A stretch of 64,000 nt of DNA from positions 6,298 to 70,297 of the forward strand of contig JAJPIR010000146.1 of NCBI GenBank assembly GCA_021324675.1, read 5' to 3'. A program made the translations under genes and the position numbers. Source of the DNA: Actinomycetota bacterium (GTDB lineage Bacteria; Actinomycetota; Actinomycetes; Mycobacteriales; Pseudonocardiaceae). Numbering within the stretch: the first letter of the stretch is position 1; the number at the start of each line of letters is the position of its first letter. The notes below the pieces were generated by a model. It was not told the origin of the DNA. It ran no database searches and was given only the letters and a program-made list of their open reading frames with translations. Below, one piece after another: positions 16,879 to 26,812 of this stretch.

Positions 16879-18419
16879 GCCAAGAACGGGTCAAGAAGTT
16901 CCGGTACCGCCTGCCGGGCAACCGCCAACCCCTCCGAGGTCGTGACGTCGATGATCGCGTACGCGCCGTGACCGGCGGCAGTGGTCGCAGTCACGGTGAC
17001 CAGGTCAAGGCGCCGCTGGAACAATGACTGCGACACCGTCCAGCCGATGACCCCGCTGCGCTGCAGCGCGACGGTGGCGCGTACTCCCGCGCCATGCCTG
17101 GTAACGAGGTAGCGGCCCGTAAGGGCATGCCCGAGGTTGCGGTAAGCGTCGCCAGCGAGTAGCACCGTCACCGGCAGCAGGCCCAGGGCTACCCACGTTG
17201 CCCATGCCGGCGCCGGAGCAAACCACAGCGCCCCAGCGGTCGCCATTACCGGCAACGTCCCGCGAACCAACCGGCGGCGCAGTGCCGCCCGCGGGTGCCT
17301 TCGCAGCGGCGTGTTGGTGGGGGAGGGCGTTTTGCCGAGTACCAGACCGGACACTCGGTGTGCCTCGCTTCTCGGAGCGGGTGGCAGAAGGGTTCCCCGG
17401 CCATGGCTTCGACGACCGCCCAACCCGGTTGCCACGGCAACAGTCCGTGCCCCCCGTCCAGCCCGCAGCAGCGGCGATTCAACGACCTCGATGCCGCGCA
17501 GGCGGCGCTCCTCCAGGGACACCGACCGGGTCGTGAGCAGCCCGCGGCGGATGCGCAAGGTACCGCCTGGCTCGCGGACCAGCTGGAAACCCCACCAGGC
17601 CTCGATGAAGACCAGCACCGAGCCCACCAGCGCGACGAGCAAGATCAGGGAGGTCAGTACGGTGACGCCGAGCCACAACGGCGCCGTGGTAAGCCTCTTA
17701 CCGACCTTGCCCACGCCGACGGTCTCAGCCCCGACGTCGTTGACGAGCTGAGCGAATGCGCCACCGACGGCGCCCAACGCCACCAGGCTGGACACTGTGA
17801 GGGGTGCAAAACGCAGCCAGGACCACCTCAATGCCGCCAATTCCTCCACTGCTCGCGCAACCGTCTCTCGTTCACGACTGCCGGCTGACGGATCCAGTAG
17901 CCGCTGGCGCACCTGGTCGGCTTCACTGGTGGCGATCGCATCGAGGGTCAATTCACGGGATTCGACGCCGTCGGCGCGTTCTCCGGTTCCGATCTTCAGC
18001 ACAGAGAGCCGGAAGAGCCGGTGGACGAGTCCGGCGGTGACGTCGACTGTGCGAATTCGATCTCGCGGAATCGACCGGGCGCTGCGGAACAACAAGCCGG
18101 AACGCAGCTCAACACGGTCGCTGCTGATCCGGTAGCGGGTGGTGAACCACCGCAGCGTTCCGGCGATGAGCACGAACAGCACGCCGACCAGCAGGCCATA
18201 AACTCGTCCGCCGAAGTTTTCCTCGCTGCCGATGACCAGTACGGCCACGATGACCGGAAGAAACCCGGCAAGCTGGCGCAACGGGGTCACCGCGAGCATC
18301 CGCGGGTCCAGCCGTTGCCAATCCGAACCACCAGACGCACTCACCACGCCGCCTCCGCCAGGACAAACGACGCGATGGCGGGCCGGTCGAGGGGCGGGGC
18401 GGGGGTCACGTGGCATCAC
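16875..18419 (-). CDS. Membrane protein with repeated bacterial PH (bPH_2) domains, YdbT-like
   Basis: Repeated pattern of a TM hairpin followed by a ~80-aa module ([33 protein letters not shown]; [23 protein letters not shown]). Follows and overlaps a YdbS-like gene. Confidence 0.65.
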   Translation of the reverse strand: MMPRDPRPAPRPARHRVVCPGGGGVVSASGGSDWQRLDPRMLAVTPLRQLAGFLPVIVAVLVIGSEENFGGRVYGLLVGVLFVLIAGTLRWFTTRYRISSDRVELRSGLLFRSARSIPRDRIRTVDVTAGLVHRLFRLSVLKIGTGERADGVESRELTLDAIATSEADQVRQRLLDPSAGSRERETVARAVEELAALRWSWLRFAPLTVSSLVALGAVGGAFAQLVNDVGAETVGVGKVGKRLTTAPLWLGVTVLTSLILLVALVGSVLVFIEAWWGFQLVREPGGTLRIRRGLLTTRSVSLEERRLRGIEVVESPLLRAGRGARTVAVATGLGGRRSHGRGTLLPPAPRSEAHRVSGLVLGKTPSPTNTPLRRHPRAALRRRLVRGTLPVMATAGALWFAPAPAWATWVALGLLPVTVLLAGDAYRNLGHALTGRYLVTRHGAGVRATVALQRSGVIGWTVSQSLFQRRLDLVTVTATTAAGHGAYAIIDVTTSEGLAVARQAVPELLDPFLA

Positions 18420-18927
18420 CCGGCGTGGCCTGGGTGGTCTCGGTCAGTTGCGCGACAAGGTCGTCGGCCACCGTCCGATCCAGTCCCGCCAACCGCAGCG
18501 CACCGGCCGCCGATGCAGTGGTGACCGTGACGGTAGCCAGCCCGAACAACTGTTGCAGCGGGCCACGTTCGATATCGACGGTCTGGATCCGGGACATCGG
18601 CGCAACGCGCCATTCCTGATTGACCCAGCCCTGTGCCGTGTAGACGGCATGATCAGTGGTCTCCCAGCGGTGCACCCGGAAGCGCCATCGGGGCATCACC
18701 AGCAGGTAAACCAGGCCGCTGGCAGCGACCACGCCGGTGCTAGGTAGCAGCCACGGCCGCGCGTCGCCCCAGACGGTCGCGGCGACCCCCAACGGGATCA
18801 CCACGGCCCCGACCTCGAGTACGGCCTGAGTAGTCCACCAGATAACGGCGCGAGGACTGACCCGGTGGCGCGGTGGACGTAACCGCAGTACCTGTGCGGT
18901 GCCAGGCGCGGCCTGCGGGCGGTTCAT
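18406..18927 (-). CDS. Membrane protein with a single bPH_2 domain, YdbS-like
   Basis: Two TM segments, then WRFRVHRWETTDHAVYTAQGWVNQEWRVAPMSRIQTVDIERGPLQQLFGLATVTV. Pairing with a YdbT-like gene is typical. Confidence 0.65.
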   Translation of the reverse strand: MNRPQAAPGTAQVLRLRPPRHRVSPRAVIWWTTQAVLEVGAVVIPLGVAATVWGDARPWLLPSTGVVAASGLVYLLVMPRWRFRVHRWETTDHAVYTAQGWVNQEWRVAPMSRIQTVDIERGPLQQLFGLATVTVTTASAAGALRLAGLDRTVADDLVAQLTETTQATPGDAT

Positions 18928-19634
18928 ATCTTGGCCTCTTCACGCTGCACCGAATCAAGAAAGCGGGCTGGAACCTCGGGAATCCGCGCTGATTGCCCTT
19001 GCGACAGCAGGAGTGCCGCATAGGTGGTCCGGGCGGCTTCTTCTAGGTTGACCGCTCGCTTGTGCGCAAGCTCCACCGAATCGGCCAGCACCGAACAGCC
19101 GTGATGACCCAGGATGAGGACATTGACCCCGTTCTCGACGGCATCCGCAGCAGCGGTGGCAAGGTCGATGCTGCCGGGCGGTTCGAACGCGACGGTCGCG
19201 ATCTCACGAAGGTAATACGCGTGGTCGGTGGTCAACAGCGCGATGTCGTGACCTAATGCAGTGAGCAGCACGCTGACCTGCGGGTGCAGATGGACGATGG
19301 CATTGACATCCGGACGCCTTCGGTAAGTTTCTGTGTGCAACCGCCATTCGCTGGACGGATGCGGATGACCATCCTGGAACTCGCCCCCGGAAATGTCGAT
19401 CAAGGAGAATTCGGTAGGGCTCAGTCGATCAAGCCAGCTACCTGCTGCAGTGATCCAGCATCTATCGGAACCCGGCGCTCTGGCCGACAGGTTGCCGCCC
19501 GATCCGACCACCAAACCTGCCCGAACCGCCTCCGCGCCGACGTGCGCGAGCTGGTTACGCAGGCCCCCTCCGGGATAGCTCACAACAACGAGCCTAGCCA
19601 GGGCAGCGACTCTCTCACCGACTCTGCCACTCAC
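18924..19634 (-). CDS. Class II aldolase/adducin-family protein
   Basis: GNLSAR and AIVHLHPQ (metal-binding His pair region). Length ~236 aa. Overlaps the downstream gene (ATGA). Confidence 0.7.
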   Translation of the reverse strand: MSGRVGERVAALARLVVVSYPGGGLRNQLAHVGAEAVRAGLVVGSGGNLSARAPGSDRCWITAAGSWLDRLSPTEFSLIDISGGEFQDGHPHPSSEWRLHTETYRRRPDVNAIVHLHPQVSVLLTALGHDIALLTTDHAYYLREIATVAFEPPGSIDLATAAADAVENGVNVLILGHHGCSVLADSVELAHKRAVNLEEAARTTYAALLLSQGQSARIPEVPARFLDSVQREEAKI

Positions 19635-19929
19635 GGTAACAAGCTATCCACAGCAATTCCCCTGTCTGAGCGTAATTTGCCGGTCGGCTTGAAGCGTAGC
19701 CCGGTAATTCGGGTACGCACAGCCAACAAAAACGCCCAGGGCGCCTCAAGGGCGTTCGACGCGCTCAGCTATGCTGAAGACGGTGAAGGGGCGGGCTTAC
19801 GTTTCTTCATGGCAGTCTTAAAATGCTGGCGAAATTCAGATGGTCGTCCGGTCTGGCTGGATTATCTGGTATCGTCGGCTTTGCAGATCAGGCACGGGGA
19901 TGGTCGGCGCCGACAAGAAAGGTCCGATA

Positions 19930-20433
19930 ATGCTGCAGCGCGGCGGAGACACCCGGGGGCTGGGCCGGGCCGGGCTATGTATTGCTTTTGTTTCGTCAAC
20001 CTTGGTATTTGCTGGACCGACCTCGGCGGCAGCGCACGAGATCGGCCCGAGGTACCAGGATCCCAACGGTCGATTCACCGTCCAACTGACCCCTAGGGAA
20101 GTTCCAGAGGGTGGCGACACGAACGGGCAAGGCACCGCACAGCTCAACCTGAGCGAGCCGGGAAAACAAGCCTGTTTCACGGTTGACTGGAAAGGGCTCA
20201 AAGGAGAAGTCACCGCATTCCATCTGCACGTCGCCGCGACCGGTAACGAAGGGCCGCACTGGATAGATTTCTTTAATGATCAGCACTTCCCCGGAGCGGA
20301 TGGCAAGGCTTCCGGCTGTGTTCCCACCCCCTCAGACAAGATCCATGCGGTCATCAACAATCCGGCGGGCTACTATCTGAACCTTCACTCCACGGCATTT
20401 CCCCCGGGAGCGCTCCGCGGACAGCTGAGGTAG
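19930..20433 (+). CDS. Secreted CHRD-domain protein (paralog 1)
   Basis: Signal peptide (GLCIAFVSSTLVFAGPTSAAAHE). CHRD-like pattern GTAQLNL...CFTVDWKGLKGEVTAFHLH ... YYLNLHSTAFPPGALRGQL. GAAAGG lies upstream of the ATG at 19930. Confidence 0.65.
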   Translation: MLQRGGDTRGLGRAGLCIAFVSSTLVFAGPTSAAAHEIGPRYQDPNGRFTVQLTPREVPEGGDTNGQGTAQLNLSEPGKQACFTVDWKGLKGEVTAFHLHVAATGNEGPHWIDFFNDQHFPGADGKASGCVPTPSDKIHAVINNPAGYYLNLHSTAFPPGALRGQLR

Positions 20434-20922
20434 TCGGATCGGCGGTTTCGTCCCTTGGTCGGGTGGAGGTGACCGGCCAAGGGTTCGCTTGTGTCGCAGG
20501 TACAGAAGGCCGTCACCAGGGATTATGCCGGAGCGTAATCAAATTATTACTCTATGTAATGAGACTCTTCGCCGGGTTGACCTCGCCGGGTGAAAATGTG
20601 AAAAATACCGCTCCTTCTGTCCGTATTTTAGGTACGGAGCGCGAGCAGGCGGTCCCGGTGAAGAACTCGATAGAGGTGTAACGCCGTACCGGCCGATGGC
20701 GACAAGTAGTTTGTCAATGCCATTCGCAGAGGGTGAGCGGAGCATCAGTTGATGTTGTGCGCCGCAATAGCCGGTTCCATGGCCTCGTGGTTTCGGCTCG
20801 CCTTCTTTAGTGCGTGCGCGTGACGTCTATCAAACCGTGACGGAACCGTACGCCGGGGCTATACCGCGCGAATCGCAGCGGCAAGCTTGCAAATGGATCG
20901 TCAGGACAAGAAAGGTCCGCAG

Positions 20923-21423
20923 ATGCAGCGCAGCGCAGGACTCCGGAAAATCGGGCAAGTTGGAACGTGCTTGGCATTTGCCTCATCAATTTTGCTGTTC
21001 GCCGGGCCTGGCTCAGCGTCAGCGCATGAGGTGGCCACGGCCTACCATCACGGCCATGAGCAATTCTTGGTGCGGCTTGATGGCGACGAGCTCGAAGATG
21101 GTGGAGACCACGATGGGCGGGGTGTCGCCGGCCTCGATTTCGACGCTGAACAAGAGCGGGTGTGCTACTCCATCACCTGGGACAGGCTTGATGGTGCGGT
21201 GACCGCCTTCCATCTTCACAATGCGCCTCGTCACCACGACGGCGATATTTGGATTAATCTCTTCAATGACGCGCGCTACGACGGAGATCACGACACGGTC
21301 GCCAACTGTGTGCACGCCAGCCGTGACAAGATTTACGCTGTGCTTGATGATCCGTCTGATTTCTACCTCAACCTGCACACGACCGCCCATCACATGGGAG
21401 CAATCCGCGGCCAGCTCGACTGA
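20923..21423 (+). CDS. Secreted CHRD-domain protein (paralog 2, His/Asp-rich)
   Basis: Same architecture as 19930..20433 (CYSITWDRLDGAVTAFHLH ... FYLNLHTTAHHMGAIRGQL). The leader sequence gacaagaaaggtccg immediately upstream of the ATG is identical. Confidence 0.65.
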   Translation: MQRSAGLRKIGQVGTCLAFASSILLFAGPGSASAHEVATAYHHGHEQFLVRLDGDELEDGGDHDGRGVAGLDFDAEQERVCYSITWDRLDGAVTAFHLHNAPRHHDGDIWINLFNDARYDGDHDTVANCVHASRDKIYAVLDDPSDFYLNLHTTAHHMGAIRGQLD

Positions 21424-21454
21424 CGGAATAACGCAGCTGGGATTCCGGGCGTCA

Positions 21455-21493
21455 CATGGCGCGGGGGCAAACCTGATTTGCTCCCGCGCCATG
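21455..21493. terminator. Hairpin between convergent genes (17-bp stem with 1 mismatch, 5-nt loop)
   Basis: catggcgcgggggcaaa / cctga / tttgctcccgcgccatg, directly between the CHRD stop (21423) and the iniC-like stop (21494). Confidence 0.55.
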
Positions 21494-22999
21494 CTAGGTC
21501 AGCTGGCCTTGCCCTGCGGACAGCCGGGCGAGCATTCCCTCGCAGCTGCGCACCACCACCCGCGCTCGGTCACTGGTAGCCCGATCTGACAGCGGGCTCT
21601 CAGCGCGCCGCTGCCAGCGGGCCAGCGCAGCGATCACAGCCTCCCGGAGTTGCCGAGGATCTGCGTCGGGCGCCAGCCCGAGCCTGTTGTGGGTCGATGC
21701 ACCATGGGCACCGAGCAGCCGCTCTGCATCGGAACGCGCATCGGGCGGCAATGTAACGTGCGGTGCGCGCAACTCGGCGAGCAGTCGGAGCTCGCGGAAC
21801 TCGTGTGCACCAGCCATGATCCGCTCAACGTCACTGGCCAAATGGTGAGCCTCTGAGCGAGGTTGTTCCCGCAGTATCCGCTCCACCAGCAGGAGGGCCG
21901 AACGGGCCTTCAGCACGTCGCGGCGTTCGGTGAACTGGGTGGCCAAGACAGTGCGTAGCTCATCCAGCCCGCTACGCCGCACCAGCTCCTCGGCGAGCCC
22001 AGCCGGGTCGCGGTACCCCTGGCGAATCAGCGTGGTCGCCAACCGCAATCCGAACAGTCCGAACCGCTCTACCAACGCGCTGCGCGTCTCAGCCGGCAGG
22101 GTAGGAGGGGCTTGCGCGGTTGCGAACCGGTCGGCCGACAGCAGGAGGAAGTCCAGATCAGATCGCGGCATCTGGGCCAGCTCGCTGAGTGAGCTGAATT
22201 CCGCTTGCCGCAGCGTCCGCGCGGTCTCGGCAAGCAGTCCGGTCACTGCCACCACTGTCTGACACAGCTGGCGAACCTTCGGCTCAGCGCGGTAGCGGCG
22301 GGCGACTTGCCGCGCCGACACCATCGCATCGAGCCGGCCGGCTCCAATCTCGTCGGCCCGGGACAGCACCGCGACAGTGTTGACGACCGCCGCGGGGGCA
22401 CCGACCTGATCGTAGAAAGACTCCAGGAACCGCACATCGGTGGCATGCAGGTGGCGCATCAGATAGATCACGGCGTCCGCATCTGAGGGCTGATCATCAG
22501 GCGCCAGCAGCGCGACGGATCGTGCGGAGACGTGTGTGGACAGCGACGCAATTCCCGGCGTGTCGATCAACGTGGTGGTCCGCAAGCTGCGCGATGGCCA
22601 GTCGACAAGCAGTCGATCGACGTCGTCCGGAGCACTGCCCCGAAGATCGAATTCCAGACGACCATCGGTTCGGGTCAGCGGAAGCTGCCGGGGCGCTCCT
22701 GTGCGGGGCACGAGAGTGACGCGCGGGCTGGGAGCGTCCCGGTACCAGGTGACAATGCGGGTACATTCTCCAGCGTCGGTCGGCGCGATCTGTTCCCCCA
22801 CCAGCGCGTTGAGCAGGGTTGATTTACCCGCTTTCACTTTGCCCGCAATGGCCACCCGGAGCGGTTCGTCGAGTCGATCAATCTGATCGCGCAGGCGCGA
22901 AACCGTGCTGGGACTGTCGCGGTAAATCTCAAGAGAACGCCGCAACACCGTTCGCGCTGCCGCGCCGATGCTGGGCGCAGAACCCCTTGGCGAGCTCAC
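21494..22999 (-). CDS. iniC: Dynamin-like GTPase, IniC-like
   Basis: P-loop AGKVKAGKSTLLNAL and G3 LIDTPGI. 501 aa, immediately downstream of and overlapping the IniA-like gene. Confidence 0.75.
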   Translation of the reverse strand: MSSPRGSAPSIGAAARTVLRRSLEIYRDSPSTVSRLRDQIDRLDEPLRVAIAGKVKAGKSTLLNALVGEQIAPTDAGECTRIVTWYRDAPSPRVTLVPRTGAPRQLPLTRTDGRLEFDLRGSAPDDVDRLLVDWPSRSLRTTTLIDTPGIASLSTHVSARSVALLAPDDQPSDADAVIYLMRHLHATDVRFLESFYDQVGAPAAVVNTVAVLSRADEIGAGRLDAMVSARQVARRYRAEPKVRQLCQTVVAVTGLLAETARTLRQAEFSSLSELAQMPRSDLDFLLLSADRFATAQAPPTLPAETRSALVERFGLFGLRLATTLIRQGYRDPAGLAEELVRRSGLDELRTVLATQFTERRDVLKARSALLLVERILREQPRSEAHHLASDVERIMAGAHEFRELRLLAELRAPHVTLPPDARSDAERLLGAHGASTHNRLGLAPDADPRQLREAVIAALARWQRRAESPLSDRATSDRARVVVRSCEGMLARLSAGQGQLT

Positions 23000-24846
23000 G
23001 ACCCAGGTTCCGAACTCGCCAACAGGGCACGGGCGGCCTGGCGCAACGTGTCGATCTCCACCAGGTCAGCCTTGGCCCGCTGGATTCGCTGCTGCCGCGC
23101 CGATGCCTCCGTGTTCGCAGCCTTCTCAGCGGCCTGGATCGATTCCGATAGCGAGCGGTGCAGCTCACTGGCCACGTCAGTGAAGTGATCTCGCAACAGC
23201 CGTTGCACCTCGCGCAACCGATCTCGCAGCTCCTTGCTGACATGGAAGCTGGCATCGTCGACCTGTTTGCGTAACAGCATCTGGGCCTCGGCTTGGCGAC
23301 GTTTGAGTCGGTTTTGTTTGTCTTCGCGCAACGTCCGGCCTCCGAGCAGCAACCCGGCCGCCAGGGAGATCGGATTTAACAGGGACATCCCGGCCAACGT
23401 GGTCAACATGCCAAACATCAGCATGCCGCCATACGAGCCCCGCATTCCGGTCAGCAGCTTGCCGAAAAGCTTTGAATCGTCAGATTTCGGCGCTACTAGC
23501 TCAGGCACCGCATCCAGCGTGGTCGCCACATTTCCCAGCCGAAGCTCGGGAAGCAGCTCCCCGCCATCTTCGGCGAAGTGCTCCGCGACCTGGTGCGCGA
23601 CCCATTGCGCGCGCTGGTTAGCCCAGACAAAATTGTCGGACGTGGCCGCCGCGAGCTGCTGGGTGAGCCATTCGGTGAACTGCTCCCAAATTGCGTTCGG
23701 GTCAGCTTGCTCTAAAGCGGCCTCCCCGTTACGAATTACCTGGCGCAACCGGTCGCGCAGGTCGTGCTCTATGTCGGCGTACAGGTCGGCGATTCCATCG
23801 CTGAGCGTCTGCTGCCAGCGTGACGAGCGTTGACGCAAGCTTTCCGCCCGAGCCTGGGCAGCCTTGAGCTCGGCCATCAATGCCACGTTGTCCTCAGGGC
23901 TTTGCAGGGCTTGTAGCTCAGCGCGTAACGATACGGCGAGGTGGTCGGTGACGGTGAAAATGTCATGCGCCACGCTGCGCCGGCTTAATCGGTCGGCATT
24001 GGCCACCGCGCCCAGCAGGTATGCCACCAGCGCTGGAAAGCCGGACTCTGCGTGCAGCTGCTTATCGTTTGCCTTGATCGCGTGCAGGCGCAGCATCGAC
24101 GACACCGGAAGCAAGTCAGCCGCCACCGTGGCACCGGAAAGGTGGACACGATCCAACTCCGCGATCCGGCGCCACTGCGGATAAAGGTCGATCTTGGTCA
24201 GGACACAGGCGACGTTGGGACACAGCTTCACCGCCTGGCGAAGGAAGTTGATTTCGGGCTCCGAGTACTCCTGGGAAGCATCGGAGATCAGCAGCACGGC
24301 ATCGGCGGTCGGGAGCGTCGCGAGGGTGCTCGTGGTGTGCACCGAGCTCAACCCCCCCACGCCGGTGGTGTCGACCAAGACCAGACCGTCGGCCAGAATC
24401 TGCCGGGGGATGCCGACCTCGGCGCGCAACAAACCTTGCCGGTTGGTGGGGTTGCCCGCCTCGGAGACATGCGCCGCGAGTTCGTGCAGCGGCACCTCAA
24501 CGCGAGTGAGATGATCATCGTCACCGTCGCCGGTGCTGCGCACCAGCGTTGCTGCTGGAGACTCGGAGTAACGCACTTCAGTGGGCACCGCAGTGGAGAT
24601 GTCGTCATCCACCGGGCACACCGGGGCGTCGACAAGGGCATTGACAAGCAGGCTCTTGCCTTGCTTGAACTCGCCGACCACCAGCACCCGCACAGTGGGA
24701 TCGAGCAGGCGCCGGCGTGTATGCACTAGCCGCTGCGCCAAATCCTTCCGGTCGCCCGCCTCGGTCAAGCCGATAGCCCGGTCAACGAGGTCCAAGCCGG
24801 CTGGCCGTGCTCTGGTCACTGGGTTGCCCTCTCTGGAGGCGGTCAT
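22996..24846 (-). CDS. iniA: Dynamin-like GTPase, IniA-like
   Basis: Collinear with my recollection of M. tuberculosis IniA: VVGEFKQGKSLLVNAL, VDTTGVGGL, TKIDLYPQWRRI, GMRGSYGGMLMFGML and REDKQNRLKRR. Confidence 0.8.
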   Translation of the reverse strand: MTASREGNPVTRARPAGLDLVDRAIGLTEAGDRKDLAQRLVHTRRRLLDPTVRVLVVGEFKQGKSLLVNALVDAPVCPVDDDISTAVPTEVRYSESPAATLVRSTGDGDDDHLTRVEVPLHELAAHVSEAGNPTNRQGLLRAEVGIPRQILADGLVLVDTTGVGGLSSVHTTSTLATLPTADAVLLISDASQEYSEPEINFLRQAVKLCPNVACVLTKIDLYPQWRRIAELDRVHLSGATVAADLLPVSSMLRLHAIKANDKQLHAESGFPALVAYLLGAVANADRLSRRSVAHDIFTVTDHLAVSLRAELQALQSPEDNVALMAELKAAQARAESLRQRSSRWQQTLSDGIADLYADIEHDLRDRLRQVIRNGEAALEQADPNAIWEQFTEWLTQQLAAATSDNFVWANQRAQWVAHQVAEHFAEDGGELLPELRLGNVATTLDAVPELVAPKSDDSKLFGKLLTGMRGSYGGMLMFGMLTTLAGMSLLNPISLAAGLLLGGRTLREDKQNRLKRRQAEAQMLLRKQVDDASFHVSKELRDRLREVQRLLRDHFTDVASELHRSLSESIQAAEKAANTEASARQQRIQRAKADLVEIDTLRQAARALLASSEPGS

Positions 24847-25066
24847 GCAATCAACTCCGCCATCACCAGCAGGAGTGGCGAAGCTGGCTGGTGCGTGGCC
24901 TCGGAGGCTACTACCAGTGGCCGGGCCTGACGGGAGCGGTCAAGATCGTCACTGCCTGTCTCGCTAACAATGCGCACTGTGTTCACGATACCCAGACCAG
25001 TCCCGTTCAGATCGACTTATGCGTGGCTTTAGGGTCTGCGGGGGCCGGGACGAGGAGGGTACGCCG

Positions 25067-26812
25067 ATGGGCTACTGGCTGGGGATCGATGTAGGAACCA
25101 CAGTCACGGCTGCGGCGGTATGCCGGAAGGGTGGGCTGGCTGAGGCGGTCGCCTTGGATGGCGGCTCGGCGCTGGTGCCTTCGGTGGTGTATCTGAGCGA
25201 CGGTGGCCAGGCAGTGGTGGGCGCAGCCGCGGTGCGCCATGCACTGACCGATCCAGATCGAGTGGTACGCGGGTTCATCGGGCGCATCGGCGATGAGGTG
25301 CCGATGGTCATCGCCGGCCAGGCCTACACCGCAGCGCAGCTGGCCGCGATGCTCATTGGCTGGGTGGTCGACCAGGTCGCCAGCCAGTACGGCGGTCCAG
25401 CGGCGGGCATTATGGTGACCCACCCGATCAGCTGGGGTGACTACAAACGTCAGGTGCTGGCCACCGCGCTGGCCACCGCAGGCCTCACCACGGTGCGGTT
25501 ATGCCCTGAACCCCACGCCGCCGCAGCCGGTTACGCCGCCAAGCAACCCTTGACCCCCGGACAGACCGTAGCCATCTATGACTTGGGCGGCACCACGTTC
25601 CACGCCACCGTCCTGCGCGCCGGGGACCCTACCGAATTCACCGTCCTTGGCAGGCCGCACAGCCTGGCGCAGCTGGGAGGGGCGAATTTCGACGACGCGG
25701 TGTTCGGTCACGTGCTGGCCGTGACCCCGGTCCTCGCCGAACTCGATCCCGACGACCCAGCCACCCTGGCTGCCACTGCCACGCTACGTCACCAATGCAC
25801 TCTCGCCACCCAGGCACTGTCCGCGGATACCGAAGTCACCATCCCGGTCACCGCTGCTGGCATCACCACCTCGGTCCGGCTCCACCGCGCTGAGTTCGAC
25901 GACATGATCCGCCCGCAACTAGCCGAAACAGTCCACGCGCTGCACCGCACCCTGGAATCCGCGCAGCTGTCACCTACCCAGCTCGACACCATGCTGCTCG
26001 CCGGTGGTTCCTCCCGCATCCCGCTCGTCGCTCAACTTCTGTCGACCGAGTTCAACCAGCCCGTCACTATCGATGCCGACCCCAGCACCACCATCGCCCG
26101 CGGTGCCGCCATCCTTGCCACCCCCCACAGGCATCTGGACAGCAGCCCCCCATCACTGCCCGCAGACACCACGCTCCTGGAACTCCCAGACAACCCCCCA
26201 CCGCCCTCCCTGACCGCCATCCCCCTCGATGTCGACACCATCGAGGTTCACAGGCGCCTAACCAACTCTCGGCGGGCCGCCCGCATCGCCGTCTCCAGCG
26301 CTTTGGCAGTTCTCACCGCGGCAGGGGTGGCAGCAGTTCCCTTCTTGATCGCCCGGAGTGATTCCAGCCCGTCGGCGAATGCGGGCACCCCGTCTCCCAA
26401 TGCGCCGCCCTCACCGAGTACGCCAGCACCCGATGCGTCGCCTGTCCCGGCACCGGCTAGCCCGCCAGCTGGTGCCGGAACAGGTGGGGAGATCAGCTCA
26501 ACCACGACCAGGCCGAGCGGGGTGATCCGGAAGACACCCGCGGCAGCCCCGCACCAGCTTGCAGATCCCCCCGCCAAGCCCGATCCCGCAACAGTGCCCG
26601 CCAGCGCGCCTGCACCCGACTGGGTCACCACCTATACGTGGACCACGAGCTGGTCTAATCCTCCTCCGACCACGACGCGCACGACGGTTCCGAGCACGGC
26701 TACCCCGACCGCGACGACTACGCCCCGGACGACAGCCCCGCCCCGCACCACCACGACTACCGCAGCTCCGCCTACGACCAGCTCTACCCAGCACCGGAGG
26801 CCACCTACGTGA
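25067..26812 (+). CDS. Hsp70/actin-fold ATPase with a C-terminal TM segment and Pro/Thr/Ala-rich tail
   Basis: YWLGIDVGTTVTAAAV (phosphate-1 motif), IYDLGGTTFHATVL and LLAGGSSRIPLV. Then the hydrophobic segment IAVSSALAVLTAAGVAAVPFLIA and a ~140-aa low-complexity P/T/A tail (nt ~26380..26809). Start taken at the ATG at 25067. Confidence 0.8.
   Translation: MGYWLGIDVGTTVTAAAVCRKGGLAEAVALDGGSALVPSVVYLSDGGQAVVGAAAVRHALTDPDRVVRGFIGRIGDEVPMVIAGQAYTAAQLAAMLIGWVVDQVASQYGGPAAGIMVTHPISWGDYKRQVLATALATAGLTTVRLCPEPHAAAAGYAAKQPLTPGQTVAIYDLGGTTFHATVLRAGDPTEFTVLGRPHSLAQLGGANFDDAVFGHVLAVTPVLAELDPDDPATLAATATLRHQCTLATQALSADTEVTIPVTAAGITTSVRLHRAEFDDMIRPQLAETVHALHRTLESAQLSPTQLDTMLLAGGSSRIPLVAQLLSTEFNQPVTIDADPSTTIARGAAILATPHRHLDSSPPSLPADTTLLELPDNPPPPSLTAIPLDVDTIEVHRRLTNSRRAARIAVSSALAVLTAAGVAAVPFLIARSDSSPSANAGTPSPNAPPSPSTPAPDASPVPAPASPPAGAGTGGEISSTTTRPSGVIRKTPAAAPHQLADPPAKPDPATVPASAPAPDWVTTYTWTTSWSNPPPTTTRTTVPSTATPTATTTPRTTAPPRTTTTTAAPPTTSSTQHRRPPT

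Noticed and set aside
20463-20745. ORFs of 72 aa (plus strand) and 68 aa (minus strand) in the AT-rich spacer
   Set aside because: They have low GC3 in a genome with strong GC3 bias. They have no SD and no motifs. The region is treated as non-coding.
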